The position numbers and the translations under genes were made by a program. The notes beneath the pieces were generated by a model. That model saw nothing but the letters and a program-made list of their open reading frames with translations. It had not been told where the DNA came from and ran no database searches. A stretch of 64,000 bases of DNA from an uncultured Chloroflexia bacterium (lineage in GTDB: Bacteria > Chloroflexota > Limnocylindria > Limnocylindrales > CSP1-4). The stretch covers positions 352,001-416,000 of the forward strand of contig CAVYIM010000005.1 of the NCBI GenBank assembly GCA_963768655.1, in the 5' to 3' direction. Shown here piece after piece: positions 19,609 to 33,396 of this stretch (positions are counted from its first letter, which is position 1; the number at the start of each line of letters is the position of its first letter).

Positions 19609-20471
19609 CTACGCTCGGTCTGCGCTCTGGAGCGCCACGAGAGCATCCGCATTGCCCCGATACCTCGGTCTAAGCGACGCCAGTTCCGCGATGCCGGCCC
19701 AGCGCCTCCTGCCACGTCCGACTACCTCGATCGGGTCGAAGAGGACGACCGTCGCCAGCTTGCCTGTCGGCGGCGGCGCACCGAGCCACCAGGCGTCGAG
19801 GACGTCAGCGCCGTCGGCGCCCATCGACTCGAAGCTGGCGCGATGGCGCCTGATAGCGCGGAGAGCCTCAGCCGACCAGAGCGCCGCCATGACATGAGTC
19901 TCGCTCTGCCAGCGCTTGACGCCCGCCCGCGCAGCCAGCTCGGCGCCCAGGTATGCACGCTGGGTGTTGAAGTCACCGAACGCCTCCTTGCAGGTTCGGG
20001 AAGGCGGTCCGGTTCTCGAGGTGCAGCAGCGCGGCGCGTTCCACGGACCAGGCCACCACGTCACCGCGGCCGGCGAACTGGTAGTGCTGGAACGGCTCGT
20101 CGAGCCGGACAGCGAAGCCGAGCGTTCGAAGATGGGCGGCCCCGGCTTCGCCCATCGCGGCGTGCACCGGGTCCTCTGCTCTTGACGCACCCTGACGCCG
20201 CCGCGGATCGGCCAGGTCGAACTCGGGCTTGAGCCACAGGGCACGGGCCAGCCTGACGTATGTTCGCCGAGGACGCGACCCTGCCGGACTCGGCCGCATG
20301 CACGGCCGCCAAGGTCAGACCGGCCGCGGCCGCGACTTCGCGCAGCGTCAGGCGTCGGCGCTCTCGTTCCGCGCGGACCTCATCGCCGAGATGAGCGGCC
20401 AGCGCGCCGAGCTCCCGCTCCTGTGTTCGATCGGCGGGTTCCTGCGGATGTGCACGCCCTGTGTACGGCAC
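19609..20471 (-). CDS. XRE-HTH + putative PD-(D/E)XK-like domain protein, two apparent frameshifts
   Basis: Three overlapping frames join: HTH (VRAERERRRLTLREVAAAAGL), then GRGDVVAWS...LHLENRTAFPNLQ, then EAFGDFNTQRAYLG...; RBS GGAGG. Confidence 0.65.
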
Positions 20472-20717
20472 TCGACCTCCGGGCTGGGATGGCGCCGGTT
20501 CGTCGGCCTGGCCGGAGCCTTGGCGAACTCGGAGTATCGCAACACGCGCTCATCGGACGCTTATCCGGCGTTCGTCGGGTCCGCGCGCAGCTCGCGCCTG
20601 GGTCGCGCGACGGTCAGACGGCCCCACGGCGGAGTCACGCGTCCGACGGCCGGGATCGCTTGCACGACACGTGCAAATCAGCGCGATGCAGGCCGGCGCG
20701 GCCCGCGGCCGACGGGA

Positions 20718-21179
20718 TCAGTCCCCCTGCGGTTCGAGCCAGAGCTTCTCGTAGGGGTCCGTGAACATGACGGTGCGAGCGGGGTATTCCCGGTACCCGT
20801 GCTCGGGATCAAAGGCCGCGAGGACCCAGGCCCACTCATAGACGAGGATCGCTGGCCAGGGAACCTGCTCGGCGAGCCGGCGGGTGAGTATGCGGGCTAT
20901 CTCCTGCTGTGGCTCGATCTGCTTCTTGGAGTAGTACACCGACGCGTCGATGTTGAAGCTGCCCGCGATGTCATGCATGTTTGGGTCAGCGTAGCCTTGA
21001 CGCTTGCTCAAGAGAATCGTCACAAATCCAGGAAAGCCGCCGACCTGATCGAACCTGACGCACGGTTCGCTTGGAATGCGCGTCTCCCGGACCCGCCCGC
21101 CCAGCACGCGGGCCATTGTCTCGGCTACTTCTTCGACCGAGAGGTCAGTCTTCAGGTAGAGGTTGTCATCGGTGGACAT
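20718..21179 (-). CDS. Hypothetical protein, possible orphan immunity protein
   Basis: 153-aa globular ORF, visibly more AT-rich than its neighbours. Confidence 0.7.
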   Translation of the reverse strand: MSTDDNLYLKTDLSVEEVAETMARVLGGRVRETRIPSEPCVRFDQVGGFPGFVTILLSKRQGYADPNMHDIAGSFNIDASVYYSKKQIEPQQEIARILTRRLAEQVPWPAILVYEWAWVLAAFDPEHGYREYPARTVMFTDPYEKLWLEPQGD

Positions 21180-21230
21180 CCGAGCGCCTCACGGGCGCAG
21201 GGTAGCAGCCGCGCGACTCCCCCACCCGCT

Positions 21231-21361
21231 CCCCGGAATCGAAACGCCCGGCGGAGAACCGCCGGGCGTTCAAGTTGCGTCCGAGAACGGCTATTTGTCG
21301 CGCTCCCCACCGCTCAGGGCCGCCTGGGCTGCCGCGAGGCGAGCCACCGGAACCCGGAACG
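21231..21361 (-). repeat. Displaced copy of ppdK 3' end + terminator (direct repeat of 23854-23984)
   Basis: 131 bp, 6 mismatches by manual alignment; encodes FRVPVARLAAAQAALSGGERDK*. Confidence 0.95.
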
Positions 21362-21435
21362 TCTGGCCGGTGGGGTGAACGCTCGGCCGTAGCCCGGGCC
21401 GCGTCGAACGATCGACGCGGCGAGGCATTGCCCGC

Positions 21436-23439
21436 CTATTTCGTCTTGACGAACTGGAAGTCGTCGGCAAATCCCCAGACTCCCGCATCGGCGGCGACCT
21501 TCACCCCCACGGTGCACGTTCCACCGGTGACGTGGATCTGGTCGATCGTCGGCTGCGTCCACGCTTTCCATCCGGTGTTCTTGACGTCCACCGACTGCGT
21601 GTCGCCACCGCAGGTCACGAAGAGCGCCAGAGTCTTCTCGCCACCCCCGCCCTGGAACCACGCGCTCAGGCGATAGGTGCCGCTGCCCAGACCGCTCATG
21701 ACCTGGGAGACCGTGAACGCGAACGGCTTGTCCAGCCAGTAATGAAGAGCGAAGACGCCGCCGTGGATGTCCCCGCTCTCATTGCTGACGTCCACCGCGC
21801 CCGTGTCTCCGTCGGCCACCCACGGAGCAAAGGATCCCGTCTCGAACCCCGGGTTCTTCAGGAAGCTGACGTCGCTGGTCACGGTCACATTGGCTATCGC
21901 CACCCAGGTCGCGCCGCTGACCGTGCCGTGTATGGTCAGCTGCCCATGTGTAGCGAAAGCTAATGCAGCCGGCATCTGCCACGTCACCGGGGTATCCCTG
22001 ATGGAATCATCGCTGTACGTCGCCTTGACCGTCACCGGAAGCTGCGGGACGGTCTTGACGGGGACGGTGAGCGCGATCGGGGTCACGCCGGTGATCGTCG
22101 CGGGGATGGTGACGCTGCCACTAGTCGGCCTGGCAAGCCGGAACACGTACATGGACGGGAGCGCATTGCCCTGCGGGTCGAACATGGCTTGGTTGTCCCA
22201 TTGATCCCCCTGGCCGGTTTCCCAGCCCGCGCCCGGGACCGCGTACCAATCGGGTTCCCAGTAGAAGACCCCCAGCCCTCTGCCGTCGGGCACCTGAGCC
22301 ACTGCCGCCATGACGTCCCTTACCGAGGTCGCTTGCCCTTGCACGGTGGCCAGATAGCCTCCGTCCGCGGGTGAAGTCGCGTCGAAGAGATTGGGGGTGG
22401 AGTCCGAGTCACTCAGGGTATAGGCGTAGGCAGTCTCAACAACGGCGACATCCTTGCCATACCGCTGGCTGATGTCGTTCATGTTGCTCTCGAGCTGCGC
22501 CAGGGCCCCGTGCCAGTAGCTGTAGTAGGACAGCCCTATGACATCGAAGTCGACGCCTCGCGTCGTCAACGCGTCGAACACGGTGCGATAGAGGCTGTTG
22601 TCTCCGCCGTTTGCCAGATGGATCACGATCCGGGCCCTGCGCTGCGGATCCGCGCCGTTGGGATCGGCGTCGTGAACCGCCTGTATTCCCGACTTGAGCA
22701 GCGCCGCAAGTGCGTCATACCCGCCGATCTGCGCGCTGCCCTGCGGCGAAGTCGCCCCGACCGGCCACATCATCCCGCCGTTGATCTCGTTGCCGATCTG
22801 GACCATGTCGGGCATGGCGCCCACCTTCGCGAGATCCTTGATCACGCCGGACGTGTAGTCGTACAGCGCCGTCTTCAGCTGGTCGAGATCCAGCCCCACC
22901 CAGGCCTTGGGCATGTTCTGTTTGCCGGGATCGGCCCACCAGTCGCTGTAGTGGAAGTCGAGGAGGAACTTGAAGCCCAGCTTCCTCGCCCTCGCGGCAA
23001 TGGCGGCCGTCGTCTCGAGGTCGTTGTTGCCGCCCCCGAGAGAGACTCCGCTCGCATCCGTCGGGTCGTTCCAGATTCGAAGCCTTATCCAGTTGACGCC
23101 GTGGTCTTTGAGAATCTGCAGACAGTCCTCGGGCACGCCGTTGACGAGGAACTTCGCGCCGCTGGCCTCCATCTGACTGAGCATGGAGACATCGGCGCCC
23201 ATGATGGAGTCCGGGCTGAGGCCGGCGATCGGATTAACGTGGATGCCGAGATCAGCCGGGATGGGCGGCACTGTGGGCACCTGCGTCGGCACCTGCGTCG
23301 GCTCCTCCGTTGGCGCCTGCGTTCGCAGCGATGTCGCCGCTGGACTCGGCTTACCGACCTCGAAGACGGCCAGCGAGGCAGCCACCGCGACGACGGCCAC
23401 GACGGCTGCCAGAACGAATGCCCTCTTTCCGCTCTTCAT
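21436..23439 (-). CDS. GH53 arabinogalactan endo-beta-1,4-galactanase with Ig-like and CBM-like domains
   Basis: GADVS, NWIRLRIWNDP, LLDFHYSDWWADPGKQ, MVQIGNE, VVETAY, FYWEP; N-terminal signal/TM; C-terminal LKNPGFETG CBM-like domain; RBS GAGGAGAGG. Confidence 0.93.
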   Translation of the reverse strand: MKSGKRAFVLAAVVAVVAVAASLAVFEVGKPSPAATSLRTQAPTEEPTQVPTQVPTVPPIPADLGIHVNPIAGLSPDSIMGADVSMLSQMEASGAKFLVNGVPEDCLQILKDHGVNWIRLRIWNDPTDASGVSLGGGNNDLETTAAIAARARKLGFKFLLDFHYSDWWADPGKQNMPKAWVGLDLDQLKTALYDYTSGVIKDLAKVGAMPDMVQIGNEINGGMMWPVGATSPQGSAQIGGYDALAALLKSGIQAVHDADPNGADPQRRARIVIHLANGGDNSLYRTVFDALTTRGVDFDVIGLSYYSYWHGALAQLESNMNDISQRYGKDVAVVETAYAYTLSDSDSTPNLFDATSPADGGYLATVQGQATSVRDVMAAVAQVPDGRGLGVFYWEPDWYAVPGAGWETGQGDQWDNQAMFDPQGNALPSMYVFRLARPTSGSVTIPATITGVTPIALTVPVKTVPQLPVTVKATYSDDSIRDTPVTWQMPAALAFATHGQLTIHGTVSGATWVAIANVTVTSDVSFLKNPGFETGSFAPWVADGDTGAVDVSNESGDIHGGVFALHYWLDKPFAFTVSQVMSGLGSGTYRLSAWFQGGGGEKTLALFVTCGGDTQSVDVKNTGWKAWTQPTIDQIHVTGGTCTVGVKVAADAGVWGFADDFQFVKTK

Positions 23440-23864
23440 CTGCGCCTGTCCTCTCCTCACTCGGTCGCTCCTGCCTTCGACACGGATCGGCGAAGGGCTG
23501 CGGGTTCGCGTTCCACTTGCCGGCCTGAGATGACCCGACCGGTTGTGGCCGCCGGCGTGCCGATAGGCGATCGCGTCTGCCACGGCTGGATCCGCACCAG
23601 AACGCGCCGGTGATTGTCCTTCGACCCTCGTGGCGGGACTACGCAGGCAGCGGGATGTTGTTGATCGATTCCGGGGCTTGCGCGGCTCGTGAGGCGCACA
23701 CCGCGCCTTCCCGGGCGGGCCGACTCGTGGGGACTCCCGTCGCACCCGGCCACAGCCCCGGACGACCCGACCTCGGGACAGGGCCACGCGGCCGCCGCCG
23801 GCGGCCGGATCGCCCGCGAGCGGCGTGGCGCCGCGCGATTACGGGCGGCGGCCCCCCGGAATCG

Positions 23865-23894
23865 GAACGCCCGGCGGAGAACCGCCGGGCGTTC
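23865..23894 (-). terminator. ppdK terminator-like hairpin (duplicated at 21242-21271)
   Basis: GAACGCCCGGCGG-AGAA-CCGCCGGGCGTTC, perfect 13-bp stem 20 nt after the stop codon. Confidence 0.75.
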
Positions 23895-23913
23895 AAGTCG
23901 CGTCCGAGAACGG

Positions 23914-26744
<2,831 letters not shown>

Positions 26745-27221
26745 GGGGGTGTCACTCTCCTTGGATGCGGGAGCTGTCGCGCCACGGACGGCGGGGGAGC
26801 GTCCGGGCGACGGAATTGCACGATGTCTCGCAGATTGTACCTTCGCGCGAGAGAGTGCCTCGCGTCCGAGAGACACCCGGGGCCGGGACGTGGGGACCCC
26901 CGATGGCATCCCTTCGGCCCGAGATGGCGGGACTCTCGGCCCACCGGGCCTACTGATATAGCGGGCGGATCAACCGGCGAGCGGCAACGGACGGATTCGG
27001 GCGTATTCTTCGGGCTGCCACGGGTGTCCCGAGCTGGGCGCGGGCGTTGGGTTCCGGATCGGTCCCGTCGCGGCTACCCGTCCGGACCCGCACGACATGA
27101 CCTTCGGCCCGACGCCTTGGGGCAGACTGGGCGTGTGGCTTCAGACTGGTGACAGGCACGATAGCTATAACTCATACTGAAACACACAACATTCCCGCGA
27201 AACCATCCATGCCGGAGTGAG

Positions 27222-28055
27222 ATGCACCCCATAGTCGCCAGGGCACAGTTGTCGCCCAACGTAACTCGCCTCGTAGTCGAGGCACCTCGAATCGCCGAGA
27301 TCCGCCGGCCCGGCCAGTTCGTCATCGTTCGGCGCGGGCCTGGCGCGGAGCGCATCCCGCTGACGATCGCCGACGTGGACCGCTCTGCCGGCACGATTAC
27401 CCTCGTGATCCAGGCAATCGGCAAGAGCACCCACGATTTGACGGCGCTGCAGGTCGGCGACGCGATCACAGACATCGCCGGGCCGCTGGGCAATCCCACG
27501 ACGCTGCTCGAGAGCGGGCATGCGGTGTGCGTCGGCGGCGGCGTGGGGACGGCCGTCGTGTACCCGATCGCCCAGGCCCTCTCGAATAATGGCGTGAGGG
27601 TCACGAGCGTCATCGGCGGGCGATCGCGGGAGTGGGTCATCTACGAGGACGAGCTGCGCGCCACGGGCGAGGTCGTCGTCTGCACCGACGACGGCAGCTA
27701 CGGCCGCCCGGGCTTCGTGACCGAGGCGCTCAAGGAGCTGTGCGAGGCCGGGGGCATCGACGAGGTCTTCGCCATCGGCCCGGTACCGATGATGCGGGCC
27801 TGCTCCGAGCTGACTCGACCGTTCGGCATCAAGACGACGGTCTCGCTGAACTCGATCATGATCGACGGGACGGGCATGTGCGGCGGCTGCCGCGTCGCCA
27901 TCGACGGCAAGACCCAGTACGCCTGCTGCGACGGTCCCGAGTTCGACGGCCACAAGGTCGACTTCCGCCAGCTGGCCGATCGACTGAACACCTACCGGGA
28001 ATTCGAGCAGGCCGCCCTCGAGCGCTGGCAGGCTGCCCACGCGGAGGCGCACTGA
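27222..28055 (+). CDS. nfnA: NfnA/SudB-like FAD/[2Fe-2S] subunit
   Basis: PGQFVIVR, ERIPLTIAD, GGGVGTA, IGPVPMM, DGTGMCGGCRV...CCDGPEFD. Confidence 0.88.
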   Translation: MHPIVARAQLSPNVTRLVVEAPRIAEIRRPGQFVIVRRGPGAERIPLTIADVDRSAGTITLVIQAIGKSTHDLTALQVGDAITDIAGPLGNPTTLLESGHAVCVGGGVGTAVVYPIAQALSNNGVRVTSVIGGRSREWVIYEDELRATGEVVVCTDDGSYGRPGFVTEALKELCEAGGIDEVFAIGPVPMMRACSELTRPFGIKTTVSLNSIMIDGTGMCGGCRVAIDGKTQYACCDGPEFDGHKVDFRQLADRLNTYREFEQAALERWQAAHAEAH

Positions 28056-29546
28056 TGGACGACCTGACGCTTGCCCGCCGCGCCGCCGAGCATTCCGCGT
28101 CCGCTCCCCAAGAAGGAGCGGATGAAGATCGACCGCGGGTCGATGCCCGAGCAGGACGCCATGCTCCGGGCTCGCAACTTCGCCGAAGTGAACCTCGGCT
28201 ACACCGAGCAGCTGGCCATCATCGAGGCCGACCGCTGCCTGCAGTGCCCCAAGCCCTACTGCATCGACGGCTGCCCCGTCGCGGTCAACATCCCGAACTT
28301 CGTCCGCCTGCTGGGCGAGGGCAACATCAAGGGCGCGGCCGACTCGCTGCTCGGCGACAACGCCCTGCCCTGCGTCACGGGTCGCGTCTGCCCGCAGGAG
28401 ACCCAGTGCGAGCAGGTCTGCCTGCGAGCCAAGACCGGCAAGCCGGTCGCGATCGGCTACCTCGAGCGCTTCGTCGCCGACTGGGCGATCACCCACACCG
28501 ATGTCTTCGCGCGCGCCAACCCGGCGCCCTCTGGCAAGAAGGTCGCCATCGTCGGCTCGGGGCCGGCCGGGCTCACGGCCGCCGGCGAGCTGGCCAAGCG
28601 AGGCCACAAGGTCACGATCTTCGAGGCCTTCCACGCGGCCGGCGGGGTGCTGATCTACGGCATCCCGGAGTTCCGCCTGCCCAAGGACATAGTCCAGAAG
28701 GAAGTCGATCGGCTGGTCGCCGACGGGGTCGAGATCCAGCCGAACTCGATCATCGGCAAGACGTACACCCTGCCTGAGCTGCGCGAGCAGTTCGATGCCG
28801 TCTTCGTCGCCGTGGGCGCGGGCCTGCCCGTCTTCATGAACGTCCCCGGCGAGAATCTCAAGGGCGTCTACTCGGCCAACGAGTACCTGACTCGTGTCAA
28901 CCTGATGGGCGCCTACAATCCCGACTCGGACACGCCCGTGCTGCGCGGCCAGCGGGTCGCGGTCATCGGCGGCGGCAACGTGGCGATGGACTCCGTCCGG
29001 ACCGCGCGGCGGCTTGGGGCGGCCGAATCGGTGTGCGTCTACCGCCGCTCCCGGACCGAGCTGCCGGCCCGCATCGAGGAAGTCCACCACGCCGAGCAGG
29101 AAGGCGTCCGCTTCGAATTCCTGACCGCGCCGGTGGAAGTGCTCGGCGACGAGAAGGGCTGGGTTTCGGGGCTCAAGTGCATCCGCATGGAGCTCGGCGA
29201 GCCCGACGCGTCCGGCCGCCGCCGCCCGGTCGAGATCCCCGGATCCGAGTTCATCTTCCCGTGCGAGATGGTCGTCGTGGCTATCGGCACGAAGGCTAAC
29301 CCGCTGCTCACCGCGACGTCGCCCGACCTGCGGGTCAACAAGTGGGGCTACATCGAGATCGACGACAACCTCCAGACCTCGATGGCGGGCGTCTTCGCCG
29401 GCGGCGACATCGTTCGCGGCGCGGCCACGGTCATCCTGGCGATGGGCGACGGCAAGAAGGCGGCCCAGAACATCGACGCCTACCTGCGCGGCGAATTGGC
29501 GGCCCCGGTGGCGGCCGAAACCCTGGCAGCGACGGCGGCGCACTGA
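28055..29546 (+). CDS. nfnB: NfnB/SudA-like (GltD-like) flavo-iron-sulfur subunit
   Basis: EADRCLQCPKPYCIDGCPV, GRVCPQETQCE, VGSGPAGL, IGGGNVAMD, FAGGD. ATG 28055 (TGATG overlap, GGAGG RBS) is 1 nt out of frame with the 28071 ORF, so the start is uncertain. Confidence 0.88.
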
Positions 29547-29849
29547 CAGAAGATCGCGAGACCGGCGCCGCTCTCGCGAGCGGCCGTGGCGTGGCCGTGG
29601 CGGCCGCGTGGCGCCGCCGAGGCGCCGCGTGGCGCCACCGTGCGCCGCCGTTTCCGTCATCTACGCCTGGTGGGCGTGTTGGATGCGGGTGCCGCGTTCT
29701 GGAAGCCGGGCACCGCCGGCAGCGGGAGTGGCCTTCGACCACTGGCTGAGCGTGGACAGCGTTCGGGAGGCGCCGTCCGCTCGCGAGAACCTCTTAGGTT
29801 CGCAGGCAACACGCCTGGCGGGCGTATCTGCAAGAAACTCCGCCTCGGC

Positions 29850-31055
29850 CTACGTAGCCGCCGAGGCGCCCGGGGCCCCTCGGCGCGGCCGCCACGCCCG
29901 CGGCCGCCACCGCCAGATCCACCAGGCGGCCGCGGCGAGCACGATCACCGCCACCGAACTGATCTGGGTGGCGAACGAGAAAAGCCAGAGCAGGCTGCCG
30001 AGATACGCCGCGACCACGACCCGCGTTCGCCACGGCTCCCCTACTCCGCCGGCCAGAACCCAGCACATGAACGGGAAGGCGAGCGCCGCCTCGTAGCCCC
30101 ACGAGCGCGGGCCGGCCGCCAGACCCACGAGACACGCGGCCGAGGCCGCCTCCACGATCCCGGCGCGCCTCAATCCCGGTACGGCGGCGAGGGCAAGCGC
30201 GGCACCGCCGGCCACGGGCACGATCCATGGCACGGGCAATCGCCCCAGGAGCCCCGGCAGGCTGATCGCCTTGTCGGCGTTCTTCGCCGCGTCGGCCGGC
30301 AGCCACGTTTGCGCGCCGTTGAGCCACGTCCCCAACCAGCCCCAATCGCCGCCGGCCGCCGCCACGGAAAGCAGAAACGCCACTCCCCCGGCGGCGACGG
30401 CCACGCCCAGCTCGCGCCACCGGCCGCGGACCAGGAACAACGCCACGAACCCGAACACCAGCGTGGGCTTGTACCACAGCACACCGACGGCCACGCCCGC
30501 GATCCACGGCCGATCGGTGGCCAGACCCCAGATCGCCACCATCGCCAGGAGCAGCGCGAAGGGCGCGTTCTGACCGGTCACGATCGAGGCCGTGGACGGA
30601 GCCCAGGCCAGGGCGGCGAGGACGGCCAGCTCCGGAGTCAACCCGTAGACGCGCGCGGCCACGAACCCCGCGGCCGCGATGCACGCGATCATCAGCACGG
30701 CCTGGACCCAGAACGAGACGTCGAGGGGAAGCCGGGCAAACGGCCAGAACAGCCACGCGGCCGCGGGCGGATAGGCGAAGAACGCCTCCGAAATCCCGTG
30801 CGCCTGCTGCCAGGCCGTATGGAGGCCGGCGTCCACCAGGTCCGGTCCACCGGCCGTCGCGCCGGCCGCCCACAAGGCCCCCCAGTCGTGCCAGTGGTTG
30901 AATGGCGCGCCGACGATCGGCACGACGCCCATGGCGAAAAGGCCAAGCGCCCAGAGTCGGACGCGCCCGGCCCCGAGCCGGAGCGCGGAGTCGAGGCCGG
31001 CGATCGGGTGGTCCGCCGGCCGCCCGATCGGTTCGATCGCCTCGGGCGCGGCCAT
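29850..31055 (-). CDS. GT87-family (GT-C) membrane glycosyltransferase
   Basis: HDW, FAYPPAAAWLFWPF, TGQNAPF, WYKP, multiple TM helices. Confidence 0.82.
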   Translation of the reverse strand: MAAPEAIEPIGRPADHPIAGLDSALRLGAGRVRLWALGLFAMGVVPIVGAPFNHWHDWGALWAAGATAGGPDLVDAGLHTAWQQAHGISEAFFAYPPAAAWLFWPFARLPLDVSFWVQAVLMIACIAAAGFVAARVYGLTPELAVLAALAWAPSTASIVTGQNAPFALLLAMVAIWGLATDRPWIAGVAVGVLWYKPTLVFGFVALFLVRGRWRELGVAVAAGGVAFLLSVAAAGGDWGWLGTWLNGAQTWLPADAAKNADKAISLPGLLGRLPVPWIVPVAGGAALALAAVPGLRRAGIVEAASAACLVGLAAGPRSWGYEAALAFPFMCWVLAGGVGEPWRTRVVVAAYLGSLLWLFSFATQISSVAVIVLAAAAWWIWRWRPRAWRPRRGAPGASAAT

Positions 31056-31089
31056 GCTCAGGCCCGGCCGGCCGCGCCGCGCGAACGCA

Positions 31090-32502
31090 CTAGCCCCGCG
31101 CCTTCGCCAGCCGTTCGAGAACGAGTGGCTTCACCTGCGAGAGATCGACCCGGACCTGGTCCATCGAGTCACGGTCGCGAACCGTCGCCTTGCCGTCCTC
31201 GAGCGAGTCGACGTCGATGGTGACGCACCACGGCGTGCCGATCTCGTCCTGGCGGCGGTACAGCTTGCCGATCGCGGCCGTGTCGTCGTAGACCGCCAGC
31301 ATGTCCTTCGCCAGGTCGTCGCGGAGAGCGTGGCACTTCTCAACGATCTCGTCGCGCTTCTTGAGCAGCGGCAGGACCGCCACCTTGTACGGCGCCAGGT
31401 CCGCGTTGAAGCCGAGGACGACGCGCTTCTCGCCGCGGACCTCTTCCTCGCGATAGGCGTCGATCAGGAACGTGAATGCCGCGCGGTCGCCGCCGGCCGA
31501 GGTCTCGACGATCCAGGGCACGTAGTGCTCCTCGGTCGCCGGGTCGAAGTACTCCAGGTTCTCGCCGGTCGCCTGCTGATGGCGCCCCAGGTCCCAGTCG
31601 CCGCGGTTGTGGATGCCTTCGAGCTCCTTCCATCCGAACGGGAAGCGGTACTCGATGTCCTTCGCCTTCTTGGCGTAATGGGCCAGCTCGTCCGGGCGGT
31701 GCTCGCGGAAGCGCAGCCTTTCGGGCGCGACACCGTAGCGCTCGTACCAGGCCCGCCGCCGCGGCAACCACTCCTCGAAGACCGCGGCCGCCGTCTCCGG
31801 CTTGACGAAGTACTGCATCTCCATCTGCTCGAACTCGCGCATCCGGAAGACGAAGTTGCCGGGGCTGATCTCGTTGCGGAAGGCCTTACCGATCTGGGCG
31901 ATGCCGAACGGCAGCTTCTTGCGGCTGGTCTCGCGGACGTTGCGGAAGTTCACGTAGATGCCCTGGGCGGTTTCCGGGCGCAGATAGACCTCGTTGCCCT
32001 CTTCCTCGACCGGGCCCATGTGCGTTTTGAACATCAGGTTGAACTGCCGCGGAGCCGACAGCGGGCCCGCGTCCGCCGGGCACTTCAGGCCGAGGCGCTC
32101 GACGATCGTCGGGTCGCGGAGCTCCGTGGTCGTCAGGTTCTCGCAGCCGGGCAATTCGTCGAGGCGAAAGCGCCGCCGGCAGGTCTGGCACTCGACGAGA
32201 GGGTCGCTGAAGCTGGCGACGTGGCCGGATGTGACCCACACCTGCGGCGCCATGATGATGCCGGCGTCCAGGCCGACGATGTCGTCCCGCTCCTGGACCA
32301 TCGCCCGCCACCACGCCCGTTTGACGTTGTTCTTCAGCTCCACGCCGAGTGGCCCGTAGTCCCACACGGCGTTGATGCCGCCGTAGATCTCCGAGCTCGG
32401 GAATATGAAGCCACGCCGCTTGGACAGCGACACGATCGTTTCCAGGTTGGCGACGGACGGTCCCGGGTCGTCGGCCGGAGTTGTCGGCTGGGCGGCGGTC
32501 AC
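31090..32502 (-). CDS. glyQS: Glycine--tRNA ligase, alpha2 type
   Basis: IYGGINAVWDYGPLGVELKNN, YLRPETAQG, FRNEISPGNFVFRMREFEQMEM, IGKLYRRQDEIGTP; GTG start after GAGGAG. Confidence 0.96.
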   Translation of the reverse strand: MTAAQPTTPADDPGPSVANLETIVSLSKRRGFIFPSSEIYGGINAVWDYGPLGVELKNNVKRAWWRAMVQERDDIVGLDAGIIMAPQVWVTSGHVASFSDPLVECQTCRRRFRLDELPGCENLTTTELRDPTIVERLGLKCPADAGPLSAPRQFNLMFKTHMGPVEEEGNEVYLRPETAQGIYVNFRNVRETSRKKLPFGIAQIGKAFRNEISPGNFVFRMREFEQMEMQYFVKPETAAAVFEEWLPRRRAWYERYGVAPERLRFREHRPDELAHYAKKAKDIEYRFPFGWKELEGIHNRGDWDLGRHQQATGENLEYFDPATEEHYVPWIVETSAGGDRAAFTFLIDAYREEEVRGEKRVVLGFNADLAPYKVAVLPLLKKRDEIVEKCHALRDDLAKDMLAVYDDTAAIGKLYRRQDEIGTPWCVTIDVDSLEDGKATVRDRDSMDQVRVDLSQVKPLVLERLAKARG

Positions 32503-32826
32503 GGTTGTCTCCTCGGCACAGGCGGTCGAAACTTCCTGCGAGTTGCTTGTCGTACGGAAGACGGGCAGGCGGGCCGAACGGGCGAACGATCGACCCGTTC
32601 GAACGGTCGAACCTTCGGGCCGCAATTCTCGCACGAGCGCGGTGCCCCGGGGCGCGCAGAGAGCGCGGGCGGTCATCATGGCTGAGCGTCGCCACCTATC
32701 CCGCGAAAGTGGTTGGGCATCAAGGCAGCGCGGTTACTCTTCTGGAGGGCTCGCGTACCCGCTCGCCCGGAGTGATAATGGGTGGCAAGGCTATGGGGGT
32801 GGATACACCAGAGGTAGGCTGACGAT

Positions 32827-33396
32827 ATGAACGTCCAGCATCCAGTCCTGGGAGATTGCGCCGCCATCCCGTACGATCGCACCCGCAAGTTCACCGGCAT
32901 CCTCATATGTCTGGCAATCATCGTCGTTGGACTTGCCACGATCGTGATCGGGATCCCGCCCGTGATCGGGATCGTGCTCGTGGTCATCGGCGTGCTCCTG
33001 GCTCTGGAGACCGTTCGAAGGCTCCGAATGGAGATCTGCCTGCTTCTCGGGGACACTGGCTTCGAGGCATTCCCCGGGATCGGCCCGGTCTTCTGGCGGG
33101 ATGTCGCCCTGATCGGAGTCGGGAAGCTGCGCTGGAACCCGTTCACGCGCACTCGTGTCGTGCTCGTGCAACTGGCGCACCCGGACGAGTTCCTCGCCGG
33201 CCACAAGCTGAACTTCGTCCGAAAGCTGGTCCTGCGCCTGGATCTCCGCCTCCAGCACGGGAACCTGGGCGTGAACATGAGCCAGGCCGCGACTTCAGCG
33301 GGGAAGACAGCCGGACTGATGGAGGCGCGGTTGTGGGCGTCTCGCCAGTCTGCTTCCGGCCAGTCGACGGCGCCGACCGCGACTAAGCCCGCCTGA
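32827..33396 (+). CDS. Hypothetical membrane protein (2 TM + beta domain)
   Basis: 189 aa, two hydrophobic helices, GPVFWRDV; RBS GAGGT. Confidence 0.7.
   Translation: MNVQHPVLGDCAAIPYDRTRKFTGILICLAIIVVGLATIVIGIPPVIGIVLVVIGVLLALETVRRLRMEICLLLGDTGFEAFPGIGPVFWRDVALIGVGKLRWNPFTRTRVVLVQLAHPDEFLAGHKLNFVRKLVLRLDLRLQHGNLGVNMSQAATSAGKTAGLMEARLWASRQSASGQSTAPTATKPA

Noticed and set aside
32503-32826. T-box leader of glyQS
   Set aside because: AGGTGGCGACGC only loosely resembles the T-box bulge; no convincing stem I or terminator seen. An Infernal scan would settle it.
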